Assembly: GCA_002269645.1 (NCBI GenBank)
Contig: NIVC01003611.1
Span: forward strand, 1-64,000
Length of the DNA: 64,000 nt
Source: Macrostomum lignano
Taxonomy: Eukaryota
Direction of reading: 5' to 3'
The translations under genes were made by a program, and so were the position numbers. Below, one piece after another: positions 49,667-59,570 of this stretch; positions within the stretch are counted from its first letter, which is position 1, and every line of letters starts with the position of its first letter. Below the pieces are notes generated by a model, which was not told the DNA's origin, did no database searches, and worked only from the letters and a program-made list of their open reading frames with translations.

Positions 49667-50047
49667 TGCTTGATCTGTCTGTCTTCCAGCAGGTTGTCCC
49701 TGCTTGATCTGTCTGCTTTATTGTAGGCTTTTTCTGCTTGATCTGTCTGTCTTCTAGTGGGTTATCATTGCTTGATCTGTCTATCTTCTAGTGGGCTGTC
49801 TCTGCTTGATTGGTTTGTCTTCTAGCAGGCTGTCTTTGCTTGATCTGTCTGACTTCTAGTGGGCTGTCATTGCTTGATCTGTCTGTCTTCTAGCGGGTTG
49901 TCTCTGCTTGATTGGTCTATCTTCTAGCGGGCTGTCTCTGCTTGATCTGTCTGTCTTCTAGTGGGCTGTCTCTGCTTGATCTGTCTGTCTTCTAGCAGGC
50001 ATTCTCTGCTTGATCTGTCTGTCTTCTAGCGGGCAGTCTCTGCTTGA
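49667..50047. repeat. 34-bp minisatellite, 11 units (TGCTTGATCTGTCTGTCTTCTAGNNGGCTGTCTC)
   Basis: 34-nt period (49667, 49701, 49735...). Confidence 0.92.
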
Positions 50048-51167
50048 TTGATGATTGATGCTGCAAGGTGTCTATGGGTGATGTTGCCAGGTTTGGTGCA
50101 GTTTGAAAACTGTCTGTGTCCCGCAAAGTGGGTTTTCCTGCTAGTCCAATCTATATTTTAATTTCTATATCTCATATCATAAGATATATAGAAGTAGAAA
50201 ATACTTAGCATGTAAAGCCCTATCTATGGCATGGGCATTTAAATTCAAAATTCAAAAATAAAAAATATTTAAAAACATTTTTGAGTATTTTATCTATTTA
50301 CAAACAATTTTTTTCTTTTAAAATTTATATAGGCCTAAGCATACTAAGCCCCCATGGTAAGTACCTAAGCAAAAAGTCAAATATAAAAAGCATTAAAAAT
50401 ATTGTTCTTCAACTATTTGACTTATTTTCAATTGGTATAAATTTTATATACCAATTAATTATGAATTAATTAGGCCCATTAACTATTGTCCCTATCTTTG
50501 CCAATCATTACTTACTATATATTAAAAGTCAATAAAAACATAACAATTAAACTGGAGTTTTCAATTGGGATTGTGTAAAGGGTCTTAAAACTCTTTAGCT
50601 TTATTGTTAATATACATTCTACAGTATACATTGGCCTAGAAGAGATATAAATGGTTAAACTAAATAATTCAATTTAGTAATAAAGTGCCCATTGAAGGCA
50701 TTAAAAATAGGTTTTTGAATATTTGACCCATTTCCAATTAAAATTTTCCATCAAAAAAGTTATACATTATTGTCAAAGAATTACACTTTTTAAAGCTAAT
50801 TTGAAACAAATTGGTCAATTGTGAAATAGGAAGCAACTTATCATTTGTCAAAGTTTATTATTTTTCCAACAAAGTCTATATGTCTTCTTTATTTCTACTT
50901 TTTTAGATTAGAGGGGCAAATATAAAGATTTTGCTATTGTTTTGTCTACCTTTTTATTGATGTTTAAGATGGCAAATAGCACTTATAATTTTGATATATA
51001 AAATAGCATAGGATGCTATCTAGAATCAATATAAAAGTTATTTTATAAAATTTTAATATTATTGAAAAAATATTTTTTCACCTATTTAGTACATATTTAT
51101 ATTTATAATTAATATTGCAAATCAAAAAAACAAATTGCATGGTTTAATAAACAAAAACTACATTCCA

Positions 51168-51512
51168 ATGAGCTACTCATCATTGAGCAAGGCTCAGCTT
51201 AGCTTTGAGTATTTGCATACAAATTCGTAAGTTTTCTTTGTTTTACATTTCTATAAACAATTAAGGCTTTAAATGTAATTTAATTTAAGGCAGGTCTGTT
51301 TTAAACAGTTTATACAACTATTGAATTTTAGAACTACTCATGAGTTTCTTTTTGGTGCCATTGCTGAGCTAATTGACAATGCCAGGTGAGTGTATTGGCT
51401 TCTGCCTTGTCTTCATTGAAGTTCCTATCTTGATAAATAATTTTAATGTATTGTTTAATCACATATTTCTTTTGTAGAGATGCTCATGCAACTGAGTTGG
51501 ACATCTTTACAG
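51168..51512 (+). CDS. MORC2: MORC2-like gene exons 1-3 (51168-51226, 51332-51385, 51478-51512): [49 protein letters not shown]
   Basis: GHKL motif I (AELIDNA) and canonical GT/AG sites. The cumulative 148 nt (phase 1) fits exon 4. Not in the ORF track. Confidence 0.9.
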
Positions 51513-51659
51513 GTTTGTGCCTTTCTGTTCAATACTTCTTTTTCTTACATCGCATCACTACTCCATATTGAGCAGGGAATTTTTAGGCCTTTTTGACAGC
51601 TTATACTATAGTTGATTATGACATGAAAGCTCTATACCCCACATTTATTATTGTCAATA

Positions 51660-51935
51660 GCTCTAGACATGCTGTCTATAGACACAGTATCTCTGGACAC
51701 AGTAGCTCTTGATGCTACCAAGACTCAACATTTCTAGACTCAATCTCTAGACACAGTATCTCTAGACACATCTCTAGACACAATATCTCTAGACACAACA
51801 TCTCTAGACACAATATCTCTAGGCAAAATATCTTAGAATCAATATCTCGAGACACAACATTTCTAAGTCTAAACACAATATCTCTAGACACAATATCTTA
51901 GAATCAATATCTCGAGGCCCAATATCTCTAGACAC
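51660..51935. repeat. 15-bp minisatellite (TCTAGACACAATATC)n marking the right edge of the AT-rich domain
   Basis: Directly visible. Confidence 0.88.
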
Positions 51936-52020
51936 AGCGGCTTCAGATACAGCATTGACCTGTAACAACAATACAATAACAAAGGCCTCCCCTCCCTAAA
52001 ATATCTGGCTCACTGCACAG

Positions 52021-52612
52021 CTCAAAATGCGGACCTACGCGGCGGCTACATGCTGTGCCTGCGCGACAACGGCTGCGGCATGGACCCCCAGGAGACCAAG
52101 GACATCATCACGTTTGGCCGGTCGGCTAAACGCTCGGACGAAAGCAGCGCCATCGGCATGTACGGCAACGGCCTGAAGTCCGGCTCGATGCGAATCGGCA
52201 ACGACCTCATTCTGTTCACTAAGAAGGAGGACACAATGAGCGCCCTGTTCTTGTCGCGCACGTTTCACGAGGCCGAGAGTCTGGACGAGGTGATTGTGCC
52301 GCTGCCCTGCTTCCGGGCGGACACGCGCCAGCCGCTCTACGACCTGGCCGAGGACCCCACGGCGGCCGAGCGGCACCAGACTGAGATGGCCGTCATCTAT
52401 AAATACTCGCCATTCAAAACTGAGAAAGAATTCTTTGCCCAATTTGACAAGCTCAACTCCGGCAGCAGCGGCACCCTGCTCATGATTTACAACCTCAAAC
52501 TGTTGGACAATGGCCAGCCCGAGCTGGACGTCACCACGGATCCCACGGACGTGCTGCTGGCCAGCCCGGACTTTGATGACGAAACCGATCTGGGGGTGTA
52601 TTCCGATCACGA
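52021..52612 (+). CDS. MORC2: MORC2-like exon 4: GHKL ATPase ([23 protein letters not shown])
   Basis: Acceptor cactgcacag, donor ga|gtgagg (phase 2); diagnostic MORC ATPase motifs. Confidence 0.95.
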
Positions 52613-52885
52613 GTGAGGCTTGCCGCTTTTTGATGCGTGACTTTGCAAACTGGACACCTTCACAAACTAGACGCTTTATAAAAAAACTATAAATTTAATC
52701 CCGCTAATGGTTTCATGAAAAACTTTTAGTAATCAATCAGTAATCAGACAATCAGCAATTTCAAAGATTAGACTTACTGTGATTAGTCTATTTGAAATTT
52801 AGATGTTTAAAAGTAGAAAGGTATTAATCCTGATCTTAGGCGTTCTAGCCTTGGATGTGAAAGCAACCCCCCCCCCCTAATCTTT

Positions 52886-54138
52886 GGCATCTCAGCAACT
52901 GCTGTCTGTGAGCCATGGCATCTCAGCAACTGCCCCCTGTGAGCCATGGCATCTCAGCAACTGCTGTCTGTGAGCCTTGGCATCTCAGCAACTGCCCCCT
53001 GTGAGCCATGGCATCTCAGCAACTGCTGTCTGTGAGCCTTGGCATCTCAGCAACTGTCCCTGTGAGCCATGGCATCTCAGCAACTGCCCCCTGTGAGCCA
53101 TGGCATCTCAGCAACTGCTGTCTGTGAGCCTTGGCATCTCAGCAACTGCCCCCTGTGAGCCATGGCATCTCAGCAACTGCTGTCTGTGAGCCATGGCATC
53201 TCAGCAACTGCCCCCTGTGAGCCATGGCATCTCAGCAACTGCTGTCTGTGAGCCTTGGCATCTCAGCAACTGCCCCCTGTGAGCCTTGGCATCTCAGCAA
53301 CTGTCCCTGTGAGCCATGGCATCTCAGCAACTGCCCCCTGTGAGCCATGGCATCTCAGCAACTGCCCCTGTGAGCCATGGCATCTCAGCAACTGCTGTCT
53401 GTGAGCCTTGGCATCTCAGCAACTGCTGTCTGTGAGCCTTGGCATCTCAGCAACTGCTGTCTGTGAGCCATGGCATCTCAGCAACTGCCCCTGTGAGCCA
53501 TGGCATCTCAGCAACTGCTGTCTGTGAGCCATGACATCTCAGCAACTGCTGTCTGTGAGCCTTGGCATCTCAGCAACTGCCCCCTGTGAGCCTTGGCATC
53601 TCAGCAACTGCTGTCTGTGAGCCATGGCATCTCAGCAACTGCTGTCTGTGAGCCTTGGCATCTCAGCAACTGCTGTCTGTGAGCCATGGCATCTCAGCAA
53701 CTGCCCCTGTGAGCCATGGCATCTCAGCAACTGCTGTCTGTGAGCCATGATATCTCAGCAACTGCTTTCTGTGAGCCTTGGCATCTCAGCAACTGCTGTC
53801 TGTGAGCCTTGGCATCTCAGCAACTGCTGTATGTGAGCCATGGCATCTCAGCAACTGCTGTCTGTGAGCCTTGGCATCTCAGCAACTGCTGTCTGTGAGC
53901 CTTGGCATCTCAGCAACTGCTGTCTGTGAGCCTTGGCATCTCAGCAACTGCTGTCTGTGAGCCTTGGCATCTCAGCAACTGCTGTCTGTGAGCCATGGCA
54001 TCTCAGCAACTGCCCCTGTGAGCCATGGCATCTCAGCAACTGCTGTCTGTGAGCCATGACATCTCAGCAACTGCTGTCTGTGAGCCTTGGCATCTCAGCA
54101 ACTGCTGTCTGTGAGCCTTGGCATCTCAGCAACTGCCC
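52886..54138. repeat. 31-bp minisatellite (GGCATCTCAGCAACTGCTGTCTGTGAGCCAT)n in MORC intron 4
   Basis: About 40 units. Confidence 0.95.
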
Positions 54139-54374
54139 TATTATTTTACCTGTATTTCCTGCGACGACTCTGGGGCGACACAAGTGATTCTGGGACGCTT
54201 CTTGGTCTAGGCACCGTTTTCATCGTTTTCATTGGGATTGGAGTCTCATGATTCTTAATAGAGATCAAGTCGGAAGCATGAGTTCCTCACCCTATTTTGA
54301 TAATGAAAACTCTTCTCTCGCTAATTCAAGCTCCTACAGGACTGGATTCACCCCCCCCCCTCTCACCACCGCAG

Positions 54375-54732
54375 TCAGCCGCCTGAGCGCAGATCTCTAC
54401 GCCACTACGTATCAATAATGTACATCGATCCGCGCATGAAGGTGTACATCCAGAACAAGAAGGTGCAGACCCGCATGCTGCTGTCCTGCCTGTACAAGCC
54501 GCTGCAATACAATTACGCCTCTCGCACATTCCGCAATCGGGCGGAAGCGGAAGCCAGCAGATCCAAAGAGGAAACTAAGCAGGCCGATATGCGAGTGCGC
54601 GAGTTCGAGTCCCGCCTGCGCGATCTGGAGCAGCGGCTGGGAGAAGCGCCAGTGGATACCGCCGATAGGATTGCGCTGCGCAAGGCGCGGGACGCCCTGG
54701 CTTCTAGCAAGCGGGAGGCCCAGATGAAGAAG
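54375..54732 (+). CDS. MORC2: MORC2-like exon 5: S5-fold start and coiled coil 1 (PERRSLRHYVSIMYIDPRM...LYKP)
   Basis: Acceptor ccaccgcag, donor aag|gtgatt; phases consistent (cumulative 1098 nt). Confidence 0.93.
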
Positions 54733-54839
54733 GTGATTTAGGGGGAGCGGATCTCTTAATTAGTCCTGTTTGGCAATTCGTTTTGTACATTTTTCAGTTG
54801 ACAATCGCCCATCTATCTACTCGGAATTTTCCCCCGAGA

Positions 54840-55497
54840 ATGGCCGTCGACCTCCCGAGAATGGCCATCAACCTCACCAAGAATATTGCCCTCAGTCCTT
54901 ATTAAAAATCACCCGTAAACCTCCCTGAAGAATCACTCTTCAACCTCTCTAAGAATCGCCCTCAGCCACTCTAAGAATAACCATCAACCTCACCAAGAAT
55001 CGCCCCCAGCCCTCACCAAAAATTGCCTTCAACCTCACCAAGAATGGCCCTCAACCTTCCCAAAGAATAGCCGTCGACCTCCCGAGAGTGGCCATCGACC
55101 TCAACAAGAATCGCCCTCAACCTTCCCAAGAATCGCCCTTAACCTCACCAAGAATCGCCCTCAACCTCACCAAGAATCGCCCTCAACCTCACCACGAATC
55201 GCCCTCAACCTCACCAAGAATCGCCATCAACCTTTCCAAGAATCGCCCTCAACCTCACCAAGAATCGCCCTCAACCTCACCAAGAATCGCCCTCAACCTC
55301 ACCACGAATCGCCCTCAACCTCACCAAGAATCGCCCTCAACCTCACCACGAATCGCCCTCAACCTCACCAAGAATCGCCATCAACCTTTCCAAGAATCGC
55401 CCTCAACCTCACCAAGAATCGCCCTCAACCTCACCAAGAATCGCCCTCAACCTCACCAAGAATCGCCCTCAACCTCACCAAGAATCGCCCTCAACCG
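54840..55497. repeat. 22-bp minisatellite (AAGAATCGCCCTCAACCTCACC)n in MORC intron 5
   Basis: Directly visible; runs into the exon 6 acceptor. Confidence 0.92.
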
Positions 55498-55508
55498 CCT
55501 CACCGCAG

Positions 55509-56006
55509 GTGATGGCCCAGAAGAAGCAGAAAGCGCTGAAGGAGCCGAAGACGCTGACATTTTACTTCGGCGTGAACCTGGAGCAGCGCAACATGTACGG
55601 CATGTTCGTGTACAACTGTTCCCGCCTCATCAAAATGTACGAACGCACCGGGCCCCAGCTGGACAGCGGCCAGACCTGCCGAGGCGTGGTCGGCATTGTG
55701 AACGTTCCCTACATCCTGCTCATGCCGACCCACAGCAAGCAGGACTTTGCCGACGCCAAAGAGTACAGAGCCCTGCTCAGGGCCATGTCCGACCATCTCA
55801 TGCAGTACTGGGACGACATCGGGATTGAGAAGCGGCCGGGCGGTGTCGACGCTTTCTGGGCCGAGTTCGGCTACTTGAAAGCCAAGTGGAGCGAGCCGCC
55901 GTCGCAGGAGCCGAAGTACGCCAAGAAGCGGGCCATCAGCCTGCAGACTCACGTGCAGTGCAACCGCTGCTTGAAATGGCGAATACTGCCGTTCCAGTCT
56001 AATCAG
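55509..56006 (+). CDS. MORC2: MORC2-like exon 6: S5 domain and first half of the CW zinc finger (VQCNRCLKWR)
   Basis: GMFVYNCSRLIKMYE, GVVGIVNVPY and PTHSKQDFAD; donor cag|gtgaat. Confidence 0.93.
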
Positions 56007-56180
56007 GTGAATGAATCAGCTGCCCTGATAGCCAGCTGGAATATCTACAACAATCGCCCTTATTTACCTATCCAACAATCGCCTTTATTTACTTATCCAA
56101 CAATCGCCCTTATTTATAATCGCCGCTCTATAAAAATGTCTAAAAATCGCACTAATCTGCCACTTAAATCCCGGCCACAG

Positions 56181-57098
56181 GTGGGCAAGTCGGTGCCGGA
56201 CAACTGGGAGTGCAAGGACAATCCGGACAATGCGCACAAGCGCTGCTCTGAACCGGAGCAGATCCTAGCCGTGCCAGTCCGGGTGCTGAAGCGCAAGATC
56301 AAAACCAAGGAGCAGCGGCAGCAGGAGCTGGAGGACATGATCAAGCGGCGCCAGGCCGAGCTCGAGAAGCTCACAGGCGGCCAGGCTGTCCGCGGCCGCC
56401 AGCCAGCCAAGCGCGACGAGGAAGACGATTCTGAGGAGGAGGAGGAAGAAGAGTCCGAGGAGGAAGAGGAGGAGGAGCCCCCGGCTAAGCGGAGAGCCTC
56501 GCAGCAGCAGCAACAGCAAAAGAAGAAGCCGGCTCCGCCTCCTCCGGCTCGCAAGGTGGCAACGCCACAGGCTGTTGCAGCAGCAAAGCAGCAGCAGCAC
56601 CAGAAGCAGATCCAGCAGCAGCAGCAGCAGCGCCGCTCAATTGCTGCTCCTCCGCCTCAGAAGAAGCCGCCGCCGTCGCCTCCCAAAAAGCAGCAACAGA
56701 CAACTCAAGGAAAAAAGCCCGCCGCAGCAGAATCGTCCAGCGATGATGAGGATGAAGAAGAGGAAGAAGAGTCCAGCGACGAAGAGGAGGAGGAGGAAGT
56801 GAAGAAGAAAGCGGAGCCAGCCAAGCCGGCGGCCCCAGCCAGGTCTGCCCCGATGGCCAAGCGATCCTCCGGAGCCCTCCCGCCTCTGCCTGCGGCTGCG
56901 GCAGCCAAGCAGCCACAGCAACCGCCGCAGCCTCCTCCGGCGCCCTCCGTCCGGGTGACTCGCACGCCGGCAACAATTTCTACAGGGCAGAGCGGCCAGG
57001 CAGGCAGCGCCACTCAGCAGAATAAGCAGGCGGAAGCGGCCGCGTCGGCTGACGGCATCAATTCAACCGCTAGCTCGGCTCAGTCGGCTGTCAAATCG
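56181..57098 (+). CDS. MORC2: MORC2-like exon 7: second half of the CW finger (WECKDNPD...C), coiled coil, acidic/Q/P low-complexity linker
   Basis: Acceptor ggccacag, donor tcg|gtgagt; 918 nt, phase 0. Confidence 0.88.
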
Positions 57099-57156
57099 GT
57101 GAGTGGCTGACTGGGATGAGGCAGTCCCAGTGATGCTGCTGGCAGGCACAAGCAAC

Positions 57157-58028
57157 TGAGACAGACAGGATCAGGTACTGTGACAGACAGGATCAGGTAC
57201 TGTGACAGACAGGAACAGGTACTGTGACAGACAGGAACAGGTACTGAGACAGACAGGAACAGGTACTGTGACAGACAGGAACAGGTACTGAGATAGACAG
57301 GATCAGCAGGTACTGAGATAGACAGGAACAGGTACTGAGATAGACAGGATCAGGTACTGAGATAGACAGGAACAGGTACTGTGACAGACAGGAACAGGTA
57401 CTGAGATAGACAGGAACAGGTACTGAGACAGACAGGATCAGGTACTGTGACAGACAGGAACAGGTACTGAGACAGTTAGGAACAGGTACTGAGACAGGTA
57501 GGAACAGGTACTGAGACAGTTAGGAACAGGTACTGAGATCGACAGGAACAGGTACTGAGACAGTTAGGAACGGGTACTGAGATAGACAGAAACAGGTACT
57601 GAGACAGACAGGAACAGGTACTGAGACAGTTAGGAACAGGTACTGAGACAGACAGGAACAGGTACTGAGACAGTTAGGAACAGGTACTGAGACAGTTAGG
57701 AACAGGTACTGAGACAGTTAGGAACAGGTACTGAGACAGTTAGGAACGGGTACTGAGATAGACAGAAACAGGTACTGAGACAGACAGGAACAGGTACTGA
57801 GACAGTTAGGAACAGGTACTGAGACAGTTAGGAACAGGTACTGAGATAGACAGGAACAGGTACTGAGACAGACAGGAACAGGTACTGAGACAGTTAGGAA
57901 CAGGTACTGAGACAGTTAGGAACAGGTACTGAGACAGTTAGGAACAGGTACTGAGATAGACAGGAACAGGTACTGTGACAGACAGTAACAGGTACTGAGA
58001 TAGACAGAAACAGGTACTGAGACAGACA
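57157..58028. repeat. 22-bp minisatellite (GACAGACAGGAACAGGTACTGA)n in MORC intron 7
   Basis: Directly visible. Confidence 0.95.
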
Positions 58029-58188
58029 GACGTTATCATAAAGACAGAAAGACACAAAGAAAACGGTGGACACAAACGGACACAATCAATAAGAACAACT
58101 GGACAGGCGGACAGAACACACTACCAGAGAAAAATACGATTTGAAGGCTCAAGAGTGATAGATGTGGCATTCACCCACCCGTTTTCAG

Positions 58189-58380
58189 CTCACTGCGGAG
58201 CTGCAGTCGGTCAACCAGCAGTTATCAACAGTGTCGGATAAGCTTCGCGATGTTCTCAAATATTTCTGTCCGCCGAATTTTTCCCGGGCCGACACTGATT
58301 TCGCGCAGATGCCCGTGTCAGAGCTGGAGGCCTTTCCCACTGAGCCATTCTTTAGAATCTACGAGGAGGGCATCAGTCAG
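58189..58380 (+). CDS. MORC2: MORC2-like exon 8 (LRDVLKYFCPP...ELEAFP..PFFRIYEEG)
   Basis: Acceptor gttttcag, donor cag|gtaatt. Resembles MORC2 C-terminal LRYFLPP...ELISFPLKEYFKQYEVG (recalled). Confidence 0.85.
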
Positions 58381-58835
58381 GTAATTTTGCGTGCCGGTTT
58401 TAAACTCATCAATGTACAAGCATGATTTATTAGACTTGACACGTGAAAACTGTGGGATACCAATGCCTATGCTATCGGTTTTTTCCGTGCTGGAAATCAC
58501 TTGGGTAACAGATTACGAAAATCTCCAATTAAACAAGCAAGTCACACTTTTGACGCTCGTAAAAGACTACTGAAAGTATTATGCCGAATTATTTTCCCCA
58601 TCTTCTACTATAAGTAGAGTATTCAGTAAAAACCTCGTTATTTTAAATTTTGGACATGCAATTTTCTACTATTTCTACTGCTAGTAGAATCGAACGAAAA
58701 TGATTTAATACAGTAAAAGCTTAGAATCATCGAAAACTGTTTTGTTTTGTACATCTGAGTTTTCGACTGCAACATTTCTTCTTGAAGAACTTCTGTCTCA
58801 AAAGTCGTCAAGCTAAATCCTACATTGCATTTCAG

Positions 58836-59000
58836 CTCATTCGCGAAAGAGTCGAGGAGAAGGAGAAAGAGCTGATGGCACTCCGGTCGGCCCTAGCCAG
58901 ACTCCTCATTGCCGCCGGCTACCTGGAGGCCGGGGCCGACACGCACAGCCAGCTGGTGGACCGGACGCTCATCAAATTCCTGGCGGAGAAGAACCTCTGA
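58836..59000 (+). CDS. MORC2: MORC2-like exon 9 (terminal coiled coil, stop TGA)
   Basis: Acceptor gcatttcag. Total spliced CDS is 2871 nt = 956 aa plus stop. Confidence 0.82.
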   Translation, partial: LIRERVEEKEKELMALRSALARLLIAAGYLEAGADTHSQLVDRTLIKFLAEKNL

Positions 59001-59360
59001 TACATTGGCCATCCGGGTCAATTCAACCGGCTTCTGTTTTTTACCTGTTTTTTTTATTAACACGGTTCCCATCTGCGCGTCTGTTTGTGACTGTCTCTCT
59101 CTTGTTGCAATCTTTTACGTATTTCATGCGACTATTTGGTTTCATTATTTTTAATTTGGCAACCAAAATAGTTAGAATTTGTTTGTACCGGCTTTTAAGT
59201 AGAGGTATTTGCTGGCTTTTGTTGTCTCCGCGGTTGGATGCTGATATTTTTTTACCTGTCTTCTTCTTTGGGCCGAAATATATGGTTGTTCATCTGGTTG
59301 TGACAAGATTTTGTAGGGCTCAGTGTTGAGATGTGGGGTGAGATTCTGTAGACACGATCT

Positions 59361-59570
59361 GGTGAGATGCGAGTGAGAGTTTAGAGTCAATCGGGTGAGA
59401 TGCGAGTGAGAGTTTGTAGAGTCAGTCGGGTGAGATGCGAGTGAGAGTTTGTAGAGCCAGTCGGGTGAGATGCGAGTGCGAGTTTGTAGAGTCAGTCGGG
59501 TGAGATGCGAGTGAGAGTTTAGAGTCAATCGGGTGAGATGCGAGTTTGTAGAGTCAATCGGGTGAGATGA
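59361..59570. repeat. ~35-bp tandem repeat (GTGAGATGCGAGTGAGAGTTTGTAGAGTCAGTCGG)n
   Basis: About 6 units. Confidence 0.88.

Larger units (their letters stand above)
40385..51650. other. AT-rich, strongly CpG-depleted domain containing decayed repeats and MORC exons 1-3
   Basis: Abrupt compositional switch. Hand count gives only ~12 CG in 40385-46790 and ~13 in 47720-51600. Confidence 0.9.

Noticed and set aside
40385-51650. AT-rich block as contaminant or chimeric join
   Set aside because: There is no N gap, its exons continue the MORC protein exactly and in phase into exon 4, and it contains a SINE of the same family as the flanks. Not fully excluded without reads.
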